NCBI GenBank assembly: GCA_039091535.1
Contig: JAWCLW010000001.1
Span: forward strand, 11,881 to 75,880
Reading direction: 5' to 3'
Source of the DNA: Candidatus Aenigmatarchaeota archaeon
Lineage (GTDB): Archaea > Aenigmatarchaeota > Aenigmatarchaeia > GW2011-AR5
Length of the DNA: 64,000 nt
Shown: positions 31,758 to 41,502 of the stretch, in pieces
Position numbering within the stretch: the first letter of the stretch is position 1
How the letters are laid out: each line of letters begins with the position of its first letter
The notes under the pieces: model-generated
The model's input: the letters and a program-made list of their open reading frames with translations, nothing else
What the model was told of the DNA's origin: nothing
Database searches by the model: none
Made by a program: the position numbers and the translations under genes

Positions 31758-31837
31758 CAAGATGATATTATCAAACTAAAGACTTATTATGAAGCATTTG
31801 ATAATATTTAAATTTCTTTCTATATATATATATCGAT

Positions 31838-32188
31838 ATGTCGGTTAATAAACATAATAGAAATAGACAAAATGACATAGAAATTGGAATTCTTCAAATG
31901 CAAATTCTTTGGTTATTGAATAAAAAACCAATACATGGTTATGAACTGATGAAAAGACTTAATGAAATAAAAACCACAAAAATAACACAAGGGACACTCT
32001 ATCCTACATTGCAAAAATTGGAAAAATTAAAACTTATAAAATCAAGAAAAAATGAACGGGTGATAATTTACTATGTTACAAGTAAAGGTAAAAAAATTAT
32101 GAAAGAAACTTGTGATGATTTCTGTCGAACGTTCTTGGGAATAATTAAGGATTTCGTATGTCTAAAATGTGGTGCAAAAATTGGGTGA
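31838..32188 (+). CDS. PadR-family regulator with C-terminal 4-Cys motif
   Basis: ILWLL..KPIHGYELMK, GTLYPTL..LE, YYVTSKG; tail C-x3-C-x11-C-x2-C. Confidence 0.9.
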   Translation: MSVNKHNRNRQNDIEIGILQMQILWLLNKKPIHGYELMKRLNEIKTTKITQGTLYPTLQKLEKLKLIKSRKNERVIIYYVTSKGKKIMKETCDDFCRTFLGIIKDFVCLKCGAKIG

Positions 32189-32192
32189 TGTC

Positions 32193-33392
32193 ATGAAAAA
32201 AATAAAAAACAAAATTTATCTAGATAATGCAGCAACAACACCTGTTGATCCTAATGTTTTAAAGGCGATGAAGCCTTATTTTAATAAAAAATATGGAAAT
32301 GCATCATCGCTTCATTCTTTTGGTAGAGAGGCACATGAAGCATTAACAAAATCAAGAGAGACGATTGCAAATTTTCTAAATGTACAAATAAATGAAATAA
32401 AATTTACATCATGTGGTACAGAATCAAATAATCTTGCATTAAAAGGTATTGCATTTGCGAATAAAGATAAAGGAAAACATATAATTACAAGCAAGATAGA
32501 ACATCATTGTATACTTGAAGTTTGTGAGTGGCTTAAAAAACATGGTTTTGATGTAACATATCTTCCTGTTGATAAATATGGGTTTGTAAACCCTAATGAT
32601 GTTGAGAATGCCATAAGAAAAGACACAATACTTGTTTCTATAATGCATGCAAACAATGAAATAGGTACAATAGAGCCAATTGACGAAATTGGAAAAATAT
32701 GTAAAGATCATGACGTCTATTTTCACACAGATGCTGTACAAAGCTTTGGGAAAATTCCTATAAATACAAAAAATATAGACCTGGTGTCGATTTCTTCGCA
32801 TAAGATTTATGGTCCAAAAGGTGTTGGTGCATTGATGATAAAAAATGATGTAAAAATAGAACCATTGCTCCATGGTGGTGGGCACGAATTTGGATTAAGG
32901 TCTGGAACAGAAAACGTTGCTGGGATTGTAGGATTTGCAAAAGCAGTAGAGATTTGTAAAAAAACAATGAAAAATGAAGAAAAAAGACAAATAAGAATGC
33001 GTGATACGTTAATAAAAAATATCTTAAAAATAGAAAATTCATTTCTTAACGGTCATCCAACAAAAAGATTACCAAATAATGTTAATGTATGCTTTAAATT
33101 CATAGAAGGTGAATCCTTAGTTTTAAGATTAGACGATTATGGAATAGCAGCGTCCACTGGTTCTGCCTGCTCATCAAAATCACTTGAACCTAGTCATGTT
33201 TTGCTTGCAATAGGTTTGAAACATGAAGAGGCACACGGTTCTCTTAGGCTTACATTAGGTAGACAAAATACAAATAATGAAATAAAATATGTTTTGGAAG
33301 TTATTCCAAAGATTGTTGAAGAATTAAGAAAGATATCACCATTCAAAAAAAGTTTTGCATTTAAAGCAACAAAAGGGTTTGAAAATAAATAA
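32193..33392 (+). CDS. iscS: cysteine desulfurase IscS/NifS
   Basis: YLDNAATT, HTDAVQ, SSHKIYGPKGVG, STGSACSS. Confidence 0.97.
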   Translation: MKKIKNKIYLDNAATTPVDPNVLKAMKPYFNKKYGNASSLHSFGREAHEALTKSRETIANFLNVQINEIKFTSCGTESNNLALKGIAFANKDKGKHIITSKIEHHCILEVCEWLKKHGFDVTYLPVDKYGFVNPNDVENAIRKDTILVSIMHANNEIGTIEPIDEIGKICKDHDVYFHTDAVQSFGKIPINTKNIDLVSISSHKIYGPKGVGALMIKNDVKIEPLLHGGGHEFGLRSGTENVAGIVGFAKAVEICKKTMKNEEKRQIRMRDTLIKNILKIENSFLNGHPTKRLPNNVNVCFKFIEGESLVLRLDDYGIAASTGSACSSKSLEPSHVLLAIGLKHEEAHGSLRLTLGRQNTNNEIKYVLEVIPKIVEELRKISPFKKSFAFKATKGFENK

Positions 33393-33407
33393 TGCAGTTG
33401 ATTTAAT

Positions 33408-33806
33408 ATGTCACCAATGTCATTATATTCTGAAAAAATGCTTAAATTATTCAGGAATCCACATAACATGGGTAAAATAAAAAATGCTGACGGTATTGGT
33501 AGAGTTGGAAATCCTGTTTGCGGAGATGTTATGTACTTGTATATAAAAGTCAAAAAAAACAAAATCACAGATATAAAATTTGAAACATTTGGATGTGCTG
33601 CTGCAATAGCAACAAGCAGTGTTATAACAGATTTAGCAAAAAATAAAAAAATAGAAGATGCATTAAAAATTACAAAGGATGATGTTGCAAAAGAGGTTGG
33701 TGGATTACCACCAATAAAGATGCACTGTTCTCTTCTTGCAATAGATGCATTAAGGGCTGCAATAAAAGATTACAAAGAAAAACAAAAAAAATCTAAAATC
33801 TTATAG
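33408..33806 (+). CDS. iscU: Fe-S scaffold IscU/NifU
   Basis: GNPVCGD, FGCAAAIA, LPPIKMHCS. Confidence 0.97.
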   Translation: MSPMSLYSEKMLKLFRNPHNMGKIKNADGIGRVGNPVCGDVMYLYIKVKKNKITDIKFETFGCAAAIATSSVITDLAKNKKIEDALKITKDDVAKEVGGLPPIKMHCSLLAIDALRAAIKDYKEKQKKSKIL

Positions 33807-33829
33807 AATTTTTCATTGTAAATTTTTAA

Positions 33830-34573
33830 TTATAATTTCTTTATCCTTCCTGGTCTTGGTTCAAAACATATACCATCAGATAATAATTCATTTATCACAG
33901 CATCGAGAACATCCTCTGCAAGTCCAGATGCCTCTATCAATTCAGAATAATCACAGCCAGATCCTTGATCAAGACTTTCTATTAATTCTAGAACTTTATT
34001 TTTTGCATCGCTTGTTTGTTCCTCTTTTTTCTCAAGAAATTCTTGAAGTTGTAAAATTGATTCTACATATTCTTTATCAATACCAAAACGCTCCTTCATT
34101 ATTCTTATCAATTCTTCTAAATCGCTTACTTGTTTTTGATATTCAAGTACTATTTCTTTTCTTTTCTCTAATTTTTTTTGTTGTTCTCTAATTTCTAATT
34201 CTCGCAAAATCTCAAAATTAGGGTTTTCATTCTTTTGTATAATTTCTGGTATAAGATATATCTCACCTTGAAATTCTTTTATACGTGCTATAATATCTAT
34301 CACATCACCAATATTTATATTATCAAACATGGAGACTGCATTGAAAACTTTTACGCGTATTGTGTCTGTACCATCGTCAATAGTAAGACTCGCAAATTTT
34401 CCTGTTTCTGACAAAAATTTATCAACAACAGTAGCTAGAACACGCACACGAGACAAACGCAAACCTAAATCTGTAATTACATAACTTGGATTAAATCCTT
34501 CACCTGGAATAAATTTTCCATTGGTTATAGACTTTATCTTAGTTTTTACAGATGTTATGCGTCTATTTTCGAT
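33830..34573 (-). CDS. RPA2/RPA32-like ssDNA-binding protein (OB fold + winged helix); start uncertain
   Basis: SRVRVLATVVDKF, IDDGTDTIR, C-terminal GICFEPRPGRIK; possible starts ATC 34573, GTG 34582 or TTG 34609. Confidence 0.85.
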   Translation of the reverse strand: MENRRITSVKTKIKSITNGKFIPGEGFNPSYVITDLGLRLSRVRVLATVVDKFLSETGKFASLTIDDGTDTIRVKVFNAVSMFDNINIGDVIDIIARIKEFQGEIYLIPEIIQKNENPNFEILRELEIREQQKKLEKRKEIVLEYQKQVSDLEELIRIMKERFGIDKEYVESILQLQEFLEKKEEQTSDAKNKVLELIESLDQGSGCDYSELIEASGLAEDVLDAVINELLSDGICFEPRPGRIKKL

Positions 34574-34612
34574 ACGAATCACCCCACTATTGTTATTAGA
34601 TGCATACAATTA

Positions 34613-36589
34613 TCATACCTTTCTTAAATATCCTGGCCTTGGTTCAAAAATCACACCATCTTTTTTTAGTATATCTATAATCTCATCTATATCCTTTATC
34701 CCTTGGTTTTCTGCTTCTGCTTTAAGATCTTCAACTGCAACTTCATGTGCTTCTTTCTGTAATGATTCAAGTATATCTAGTATCAATGGAACTTTCCTAC
34801 GTCTGCTTGATGGAACACCACCATCCATACGATCTACATCAAAGCGTTTTGTTTCAAAATCGTAACCTAGTTGCATCATAGAATATCTCATTAACCTTAT
34901 TGCTCTTTCTGCATCCTCGACACGAACTTTTGTGTCTAATCTTACTTTTGCTGATGCTTCTGCAAGTCGTATTAATGCCTCATATTGTCTTAATGTTATG
35001 CTTATTGTAGGTGTTTCCTCACCACCATAAATATTTCTCATTTCAACATAGAATTTTTTTAATATATCAGCAGCCTCTTGTGTTAGTTCGATATCTTGTA
35101 TCTGTTTTGCATATGCTATATATTTTCTTAAAAGATTTATGTTTATCACAGGTTCGATACGCTCTGGACTCGTCCTTGACGTGATTATGTGATCTGCCAT
35201 TTTTTCGTCAGTTGTGATATCTGGCTTATCCCTTATTGCAAATTTGAGATCAAACCTCGAAAGTAATGTTTCTGGTATTAAAATTTGATCACCTATTGGT
35301 TTATATGGGTCAAACCTACCAAGTTTTGGATTTGCACCAGCAAGTATAGATGTTTGTGCCGGTAATGTTGCCACAATACTTGCTTTGGCGATGCTTACGG
35401 TTTCGACTGAAGTAGCCTCATGCATTGCTATTTGATCATCCTTACTCATTTTGTCAAACTCATCAATAGCAATCAAACCTTTGTTGCATAAAATTAATGC
35501 ACCTGCTTCAAGCACCCAACCACCTATTGCCTCGTTCTTCACAACAGTAGCAGTTAACCCAGCACCAGAAACACCCGAACCAGAAACATATTTCCCACGT
35601 GGTACAATAGAAGATATAAGTTTCAGGATTTGTGTTTTACCAACACCTGGATCACCTGTAAGCAAAATATGGATATTGCCTCTTATTCTTGTACCATCTG
35701 GCATTTTATGTGGTATGCCGCCAAACAATTGCAAAACAAGAGCCTCTTTTATTTCATCATAACCATATATGGTTGGTGCAATTGATGCCTTCAATTTTTC
35801 ATATATATCAGGGCTACTTGCAAGTTCTTTTATCATTCTTTCTTCTTCTGATGTTATTTCTAATTCCTCAAATTCTATGTCGCTTGGTTCAAAATAAATT
35901 GCATCCATATAAATATCCATTCTTGTACTTAGTTTTCCTTTTATACGTTTTGGTAATTCTTTTACTATGCCATATAATTTTATTCTATTCCCTGGATCAG
36001 ATTTTCTTTGCATGCGTGGGGTTGTTAATCCTTCTTTTAAAAAAATACTTATCTCACCAGGTCTTTCACCTGTTGTTAATTCAAAAGGCTCAACCCCGAC
36101 AAGCCATCGTATATCGTACATTTTCTTATCAATAAGAGGAAAATCACCACGCCTTCCACATTCGCATAAACCAGGTTTTTGTATTATATTTGTAGTCTGT
36201 GGAACTGTTATCTTTGCACTACACTCTGGACATTCAAATATTGCTTCGTAAATTTGTGGTTTCACTTCTGATGCTGATTTAATAATAGTATCTATACAAA
36301 AAAGCTTTCCAATGTGTTTTGCACGGAGATTTCTTATTCTTATCTGCCTGCTTGGTGGGAGATTCTTTATCCCGATTTCCATTTTTTCACCAGCGATGTT
36401 GCTAGCTGCTTTTTTAAGTGCGTCTATAACATTGTTCGGGTCCTCTAATAATTGGTCTGCAATTAGTGGATCAAACCTATCGAGTAAACTAAAATCGATA
36501 ACAATCAACCTTTCCTCTTTTGCTGCTTTGAGTATCTCTGTATGATATTTTTCACGCAAGAATTCGTCCAACCTATCAATTAATTCCAT
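34613..36589 (-). CDS. mcm: MCM replicative helicase, no intein
   Basis: CPEC..CECG Zn finger, GDPGVGKT, IDEFDKM, SRFD, LRQYEALIRLAEASA. Confidence 0.97.
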   Translation of the reverse strand: MELIDRLDEFLREKYHTEILKAAKEERLIVIDFSLLDRFDPLIADQLLEDPNNVIDALKKAASNIAGEKMEIGIKNLPPSRQIRIRNLRAKHIGKLFCIDTIIKSASEVKPQIYEAIFECPECSAKITVPQTTNIIQKPGLCECGRRGDFPLIDKKMYDIRWLVGVEPFELTTGERPGEISIFLKEGLTTPRMQRKSDPGNRIKLYGIVKELPKRIKGKLSTRMDIYMDAIYFEPSDIEFEELEITSEEERMIKELASSPDIYEKLKASIAPTIYGYDEIKEALVLQLFGGIPHKMPDGTRIRGNIHILLTGDPGVGKTQILKLISSIVPRGKYVSGSGVSGAGLTATVVKNEAIGGWVLEAGALILCNKGLIAIDEFDKMSKDDQIAMHEATSVETVSIAKASIVATLPAQTSILAGANPKLGRFDPYKPIGDQILIPETLLSRFDLKFAIRDKPDITTDEKMADHIITSRTSPERIEPVININLLRKYIAYAKQIQDIELTQEAADILKKFYVEMRNIYGGEETPTISITLRQYEALIRLAEASAKVRLDTKVRVEDAERAIRLMRYSMMQLGYDFETKRFDVDRMDGGVPSSRRRKVPLILDILESLQKEAHEVAVEDLKAEAENQGIKDIDEIIDILKKDGVIFEPRPGYLRKV

Positions 36590-36660
36590 AAATAATCTTA
36601 AAACAAAAAAGTATTTGAGTATATTGGGGTGCGTTTCTTTTATTTCATATGGAAAATATA

Positions 36661-37206
36661 TTATTTGTTTTTAAGAGATCTTAGTGTAGCCTCTAATTTT
36701 CTTACAGCTGCTTTCACAGCATCCATACTTTTTGCGCCTGCACAAACAACACGACCTGATGAGAATAATAGGAAGGCAACCTTTGGCTCATAAATTCTAT
36801 AAACTAATCCTGGAAATTGTTCTGGTTCATATTCACTATCCTCTAATTGGAATGCTAATTGATCAAGATTAAGTTCTTTACCAAGATTAACGGCAACAAC
36901 TATATTCTCTATTTTTACTTTTAGAGTATCTTCGTTGAATCTTATGCCAATCTTTTTTATGTTTTTTACAGTTTTTTTTAACGCCTCTTTTGCAGCTGCT
37001 GTGCTACGCGCACCAACACATATTATTTTTCCAGAACGAAATATTAATGTGGCAACCTTTGGCTCATCTAGACGATAAACAAGACCTGGAAACTGCTCTG
37101 GCTCATATTCACTTGCTTCCAAAACATTTAGAAGTTTGTCAAGCGATATTATTTTTTTTATGTCAGTAGAAGCAACAACATTTTCTATCTTTATTTTTTC
37201 TACCAT
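36661..37206 (-). CDS. tbp: TATA-box binding protein
   Basis: Two YEPEQFPGLVYR repeats. Confidence 0.99.
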   Translation of the reverse strand: MVEKIKIENVVASTDIKKIISLDKLLNVLEASEYEPEQFPGLVYRLDEPKVATLIFRSGKIICVGARSTAAAKEALKKTVKNIKKIGIRFNEDTLKVKIENIVVAVNLGKELNLDQLAFQLEDSEYEPEQFPGLVYRIYEPKVAFLLFSSGRVVCAGAKSMDAVKAAVRKLEATLRSLKNK

Positions 37207-37291
37207 TGAAACACCTCTCCATAGAAAATAATAGATTAGTATTTAAATATAGCGAAAAATATTTAAATAATATTTAAAAAGGTGTTTTCTT

Positions 37292-37687
37292 GTGATATAC
37301 AGAGAAATTATTGAAATAGAAACAAAAAGTAATAAATATATTGATATAACAAATAAAATTTCAGATATAGTTGAAAATTGCCATATAAAATATGGTTTAT
37401 GTCATATATTTCTAGAAGGTACGACTGCTGGATTTTTACTTAATGAAAACGATCCAATGCTATTAGCGGATTTTAAAAACGTTTTCAAAAAAATTGCACC
37501 AAAAAAGAAATTATATCAACATCCATCAAATGCATTTTCACATATTAGGGCATCTATGTTGAGACAGGATTTAACATTTCCTATTAATGATGGTAAGCTT
37601 ATTCTTGGTACATGGCAAAACATTTTACTTTGGGAGTTTGACATTAAAAAAAGAAAAAGAAAGATAGTAATAACAATCTCTGATTAA
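37292..37687 (+). CDS. YjbQ (UPF0047) family protein
   Basis: DITNKI, TTAG, NAFSHIRAS, LGTWQ. Confidence 0.92.
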   Translation: MIYREIIEIETKSNKYIDITNKISDIVENCHIKYGLCHIFLEGTTAGFLLNENDPMLLADFKNVFKKIAPKKKLYQHPSNAFSHIRASMLRQDLTFPINDGKLILGTWQNILLWEFDIKKRKRKIVITISD

Positions 37688-37884
37688 TTTTTTAATTCGT
37701 CTTGTAATTAAATATGGATAAATATCTAATTTCATAACTAATTTGTTTGAGAAGATATTTTAGTACGCAGTATTACCTGACTTATGTTCAATCTAAGAAT
37801 TTTATATATAAGAAGAACATTGAATCTTAATAATAAGTAATCTAATATTTACTTATTTAAAAATTTATAAAAAATGTGAAAAAT

Positions 37885-38661
37885 ATGAAAGAAATTAATG
37901 TTATATTCAAAAACAAGGGCCAAAAAATTATTGGCGTTTTACATATACCTAAAAAACAAAACCCACCAGCCATAGTAATGTGCCATGGTTTTACTGGAAA
38001 TAAAGGAGATATTCACAATAAACTTTATAAAGCTGCAAAAAAGTTCTGCGAAAATGGTTTCGTTGTTTTAAGGTTTGATTTTCGAGGTTCTGGAGAAAGT
38101 GAAGGAGAATTTGTGAATGTTACTATTAGTAGTGAAGTAAGTGATTTAAAAATTGCTATTGGTTTTATGCAAAAACAAGGTTATAAAAGAATTGGTGTAG
38201 TTGGTTCTAGCTTAGGTGGTACTATTTCTCTCATTGGTTTTAATGAAAGAATTAAAGCAATGGTTTTATGGAATCCTGTCACAAATTTAAGACAAACATT
38301 TATAGATTCAGATCTTATACCAAAAGAAAATGCACAAAGATTAGAAAAAAATGGGTTCATAATATTTAAAGATAATCGTACAGGAAAGGAATTTAAAATT
38401 GGTAAGAAGTTCTGGAAAGAAATTGAAACTTTAGATGTAGTTAAATATTTAAAAAGATTAAAATGTCCTGTATTAATTTTGCATGGTAATAAAGATACGG
38501 TCGTACCATTAAAACAATCAGAAAATGCCATGAAAATTATTGGGAGTGAGATTAAAGAACTCAGAATAATAAATGGAGCAGAACACGGATTTCATAAAGC
38601 ATCACACGAAAAACAAGTTATTGATTTGACTTTAAATTGGTTCAACAAATGGTTAAAATAA
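37885..38661 (+). CDS. alpha/beta-fold hydrolase (S9/Hydrolase_4-like)
   Basis: CHGFTG, RFDFRGSGESEG, GSSLGG nucleophile, HGNKDTVVP, GAEHGF. Confidence 0.92.
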   Translation: MKEINVIFKNKGQKIIGVLHIPKKQNPPAIVMCHGFTGNKGDIHNKLYKAAKKFCENGFVVLRFDFRGSGESEGEFVNVTISSEVSDLKIAIGFMQKQGYKRIGVVGSSLGGTISLIGFNERIKAMVLWNPVTNLRQTFIDSDLIPKENAQRLEKNGFIIFKDNRTGKEFKIGKKFWKEIETLDVVKYLKRLKCPVLILHGNKDTVVPLKQSENAMKIIGSEIKELRIINGAEHGFHKASHEKQVIDLTLNWFNKWLK

Positions 38662-38684
38662 AAGTAACTGAGGCGGTGATAATT

Positions 38685-38915
38685 ATGCAAAAAAGATCCA
38701 AATTCCAGAGTGTTTATCACAACTTCGGAAAAGGCATTTTGAGAATTGTATCATTTCCAAATCCAACTGCAAAAAGAATTATGCAAAAGATACAAGGGCT
38801 TGTTGAAACAAATTTTGACGGTTATGAAACATGAAGAGGCAACAAAACAAGAATAAGGCTTGCAGAAATTCAAGCGATTACTTATGTCAGTATACAGACC
38901 ATAGGTGCAGAATAA
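38685..38915 (+). pseudogene. possible decayed tyrosine-recombinase fragment
   Basis: FGKGILRIV and GYET*..IRLAEIQAITYVSIQTIG loosely resemble KGxKxRxV and GYAT...L..IQ..LGHxSIQTT; weak. Confidence 0.3.
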
Positions 38916-39087
38916 CATAAAAAGACGGTAATAAAAATGATGTCTTTTAAACCAAAATTATTTGTTAGATTTAGTTTTCCTTTATAGAATTTTTTCTAAC
39001 AATTTCTCTTTTAAGAAATTAAATGAATATCTTTTAATTTTAAATTCTAATATATTTAAGTTTGAGTTTAATCTTCAAAAAGCAATT

Positions 39088-40023
39088 TTAAACTAAGTTT
39101 AAAAGTTCCTCTAGATTTTTATATCCTATCTTTTCTAAAGTTGATGCATCGAAATTCAGTCTTCTGAAAGTTTCTATTTGTTCGCTATAATCTGCTACTG
39201 GAAAATCAGTCCCAAAAATTAATTTGTCTGCACCGATATAATCTATAAGCAACTCGTAGACAGTTTGCGCAGAATCAACTAACCTAAAATTCCCTCTAGA
39301 TTTTGTTTTGTCATAAAATTGACTAGCTGCACTTGTATCCACATATACATTTTCTATTTGTCTAATTTTTTTAAGTACCTCTTCATCAAGACCAGCGCAA
39401 TGTGCAATAATAAATTTTGCTTTTGGATGAGAAGTTGCTACTTTCAATATATCATGTGAGAATCTGAATTGAAATGGGTCAAACAAAACACATAGGTCAT
39501 AATCTTCAATTACGTTTATAAGTTCACTATCTATCAATTCTTTAGGGTCATAAAAAGTTGCAACAAGATGGATTTTGATTCCTCGTATATCTTTTGAAGT
39601 TTTGACAAGTTTTTCTAAATACCTACTACTTTTTGGATATCTTGGATCGATTATTGGAAATGGGAATAGTCTGTTTGGGTATTTTGTTGCAGCCTTAATT
39701 AATAAATCATTTTTTCTGATATAGGGATTTCTTTTTACTTTCCATATTGTTTCACAGACTGGACATTGTAACGTATAAGAAGTTTTTTCTTTTTTGAGAA
39801 GGATTGGTGGCTTATTGAGATTGTCACATATTTTGTATTCAGGACAAACAATAGAACGTGTCGTTACGCCCGGTATGATTATTGCTTTTTTCACATTATT
39901 TTTTTCCATCGCCTGAATTAGATCTTCAGCATAAAAAGTTCGATATAAATTTCCTTTAACTCTTGAATAAAAATCTGGTCCAATATGTGTATGGCTGTCA
40001 AATAATTCAATTTCATTCAGCAT
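39088..40023 (-). CDS. amidohydrolase_2 family protein with a Cys-rich insertion
   Basis: DSHTH, GIKIH, IIAHCAG, VYVDTS, FGTDFP; insert CPEYKIC...CPVC; overlaps the rSAM stop. Confidence 0.88.
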   Translation of the reverse strand: MLNEIELFDSHTHIGPDFYSRVKGNLYRTFYAEDLIQAMEKNNVKKAIIIPGVTTRSIVCPEYKICDNLNKPPILLKKEKTSYTLQCPVCETIWKVKRNPYIRKNDLLIKAATKYPNRLFPFPIIDPRYPKSSRYLEKLVKTSKDIRGIKIHLVATFYDPKELIDSELINVIEDYDLCVLFDPFQFRFSHDILKVATSHPKAKFIIAHCAGLDEEVLKKIRQIENVYVDTSAASQFYDKTKSRGNFRLVDSAQTVYELLIDYIGADKLIFGTDFPVADYSEQIETFRRLNFDASTLEKIGYKNLEELLNLV

Positions 40024-41296
40024 TTGAATTACCTTGAGAGACTCTCCAAATCCTAATTATTGCATCCCTTATTATACCTTTTCTGATATTACAAAGATAC
40101 TTATCTACTTTATATGGGTCTCCAGTTGTTAGGGAATTATGAACAGGGCAACCACCACAACATATATATTTTGCAAAACAATCATTGCATTCCTTCATAT
40201 AATCCACAGAATGTTTGATTAATTTATATATTTTGAGTGGTTGATATTCAAATTTATCTTCATCCTCATTATATTTACCCACTAAAAATAGGTCAGAAAG
40301 TGGTGTATTTTCATTTTGTATTTCTAAACAAAAAGTTATTTTACCTTCAGGTGTAACCATAAGTCTTCCTCCATGTGATGAGAAACAAAACTGTTTAGAG
40401 GGATTTAGCAAAAAAAATAAACTAGATTCAGTCACTTTCATGCTATATTTTTTGGCCATGTCTAGTGCCTTCTTAAAGTTTGTCACATAATCTTTTGTTT
40501 TTGGTCTTAAATATTCTTTTCCTGTACCCCGTCCAGAAGGTGTAAAAGATTCAAAATGAACACATTCTATACCTAATTGATTAAAATACTCTATTATTTC
40601 ACTCATTCTATTTACAGAATAACTAGTAATTGTTGTTCGAGCTTTGAGATCGCATCCAGCATCAATTATTTTTTTTATAGTTTTTTCCACAATAGGATAA
40701 GAAGGTTTATTATTAGGTGCTGGTCTTTGATAGTTCTGAATATCTGGTGGCCCATCAATTGAAACAAAAAATAAAAAATTATTTTTTATTAAGAAATTTA
40801 ACTTTTTGTTATTCATCACACAATTTGTCGTTACTTCAAATATGGGTTCTACACTTGTATTATTTAAAACATAGTTAATTGTCGATTCTATACATCTGAA
40901 ATTCATGGTAGGTTCTCCACCAAAAAAATACAAATGAAGTTTTTTTGAATTAGGTTTTAAAACCTCTTTAACAGAACGTATAGCTAACTTTTCACTCATA
41001 TATAATGCACTTTCGCCACCTCTTGCAAAACAGTATATACAACGCAAATTACAATCTGAGGTGGTTAAAAGGGTAAGTCTTTCTTCTCCTTTTTTATATC
41101 TCGTTAATATCTTTGGAGTACCAAAAAATCCTTCCCTTTCTAATTGTTTTTTAACATTTTCGTTATTAATCTGTTGTTTAGTAAGAGATGCTATTTTGCC
41201 AACATACGGTGAGAAAACGATAAAATTTTTACCTTCTACAACACAAGGCAATCCATTATATAGCAATTCTTTTAATTTCTTAGATTGATTTTTCAT
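40013..41296 (-). CDS. radical SAM/SPASM peptide-maturase-like protein with putative N-terminal RRE
   Basis: CNLRCIYC, FFGGEP, SIDG, SPASM C..G...FC...CNDCFAKYICCGGCP...C; about 70-aa N-terminal extension. Confidence 0.93.
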   Translation of the reverse strand: MKNQSKKLKELLYNGLPCVVEGKNFIVFSPYVGKIASLTKQQINNENVKKQLEREGFFGTPKILTRYKKGEERLTLLTTSDCNLRCIYCFARGGESALYMSEKLAIRSVKEVLKPNSKKLHLYFFGGEPTMNFRCIESTINYVLNNTSVEPIFEVTTNCVMNNKKLNFLIKNNFLFFVSIDGPPDIQNYQRPAPNNKPSYPIVEKTIKKIIDAGCDLKARTTITSYSVNRMSEIIEYFNQLGIECVHFESFTPSGRGTGKEYLRPKTKDYVTNFKKALDMAKKYSMKVTESSLFFLLNPSKQFCFSSHGGRLMVTPEGKITFCLEIQNENTPLSDLFLVGKYNEDEDKFEYQPLKIYKLIKHSVDYMKECNDCFAKYICCGGCPVHNSLTTGDPYKVDKYLCNIRKGIIRDAIIRIWRVSQGNSNAE

Positions 41297-41336
41297 TGTT
41301 CCTCATAGAATTATAAAAAGATAAAAAATAAAAAGT

Positions 41337-41471
41337 TTAATCCTGAGCACATTCAAGACCATTGAGTACTCTTTTATATTTTTCAAACTTTTCATACTTA
41401 GAAGGTCTTGTACCTATTTCTTCTGGCAATACTATTTTATATATTTTAATACTTTTTAATATTTCATTCAT
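41337..41471 (-). CDS. 44-aa putative RiPP precursor peptide (not in ORF track)
   Basis: MNEILKSIKIYKIVLPEEIGTRPSKYEKFEKYKRVLNGLECAQD; ends 40 nt before the rSAM start; TATA-like TTTAAATA 24-31 nt upstream. Confidence 0.7.
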   Translation of the reverse strand: MNEILKSIKIYKIVLPEEIGTRPSKYEKFEKYKRVLNGLECAQD

Positions 41472-41494
41472 AACTTAATAATAAATACTAAAAA

Positions 41495-41502
41495 TATTTA
41501 AA
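41495..41502 (-). promoter_or_regulatory. TATA box for a leaderless precursor-rSAM-amidohydrolase transcript
   Basis: TTTAAATA on minus strand at the typical archaeal distance from ATG 41471; AT-rich context limits specificity. Confidence 0.45.

Noticed and set aside
34613..36589. Inteins in MCM (also checked NrdJ and RNAP subunits)
   Set aside because: Lengths are normal and conserved motifs are uninterrupted
38832..38834. Selenocysteine or recoded TGA
   Set aside because: No redox-Cys context or SECIS-like hairpin; TGA acts as a normal stop in conserved genes here
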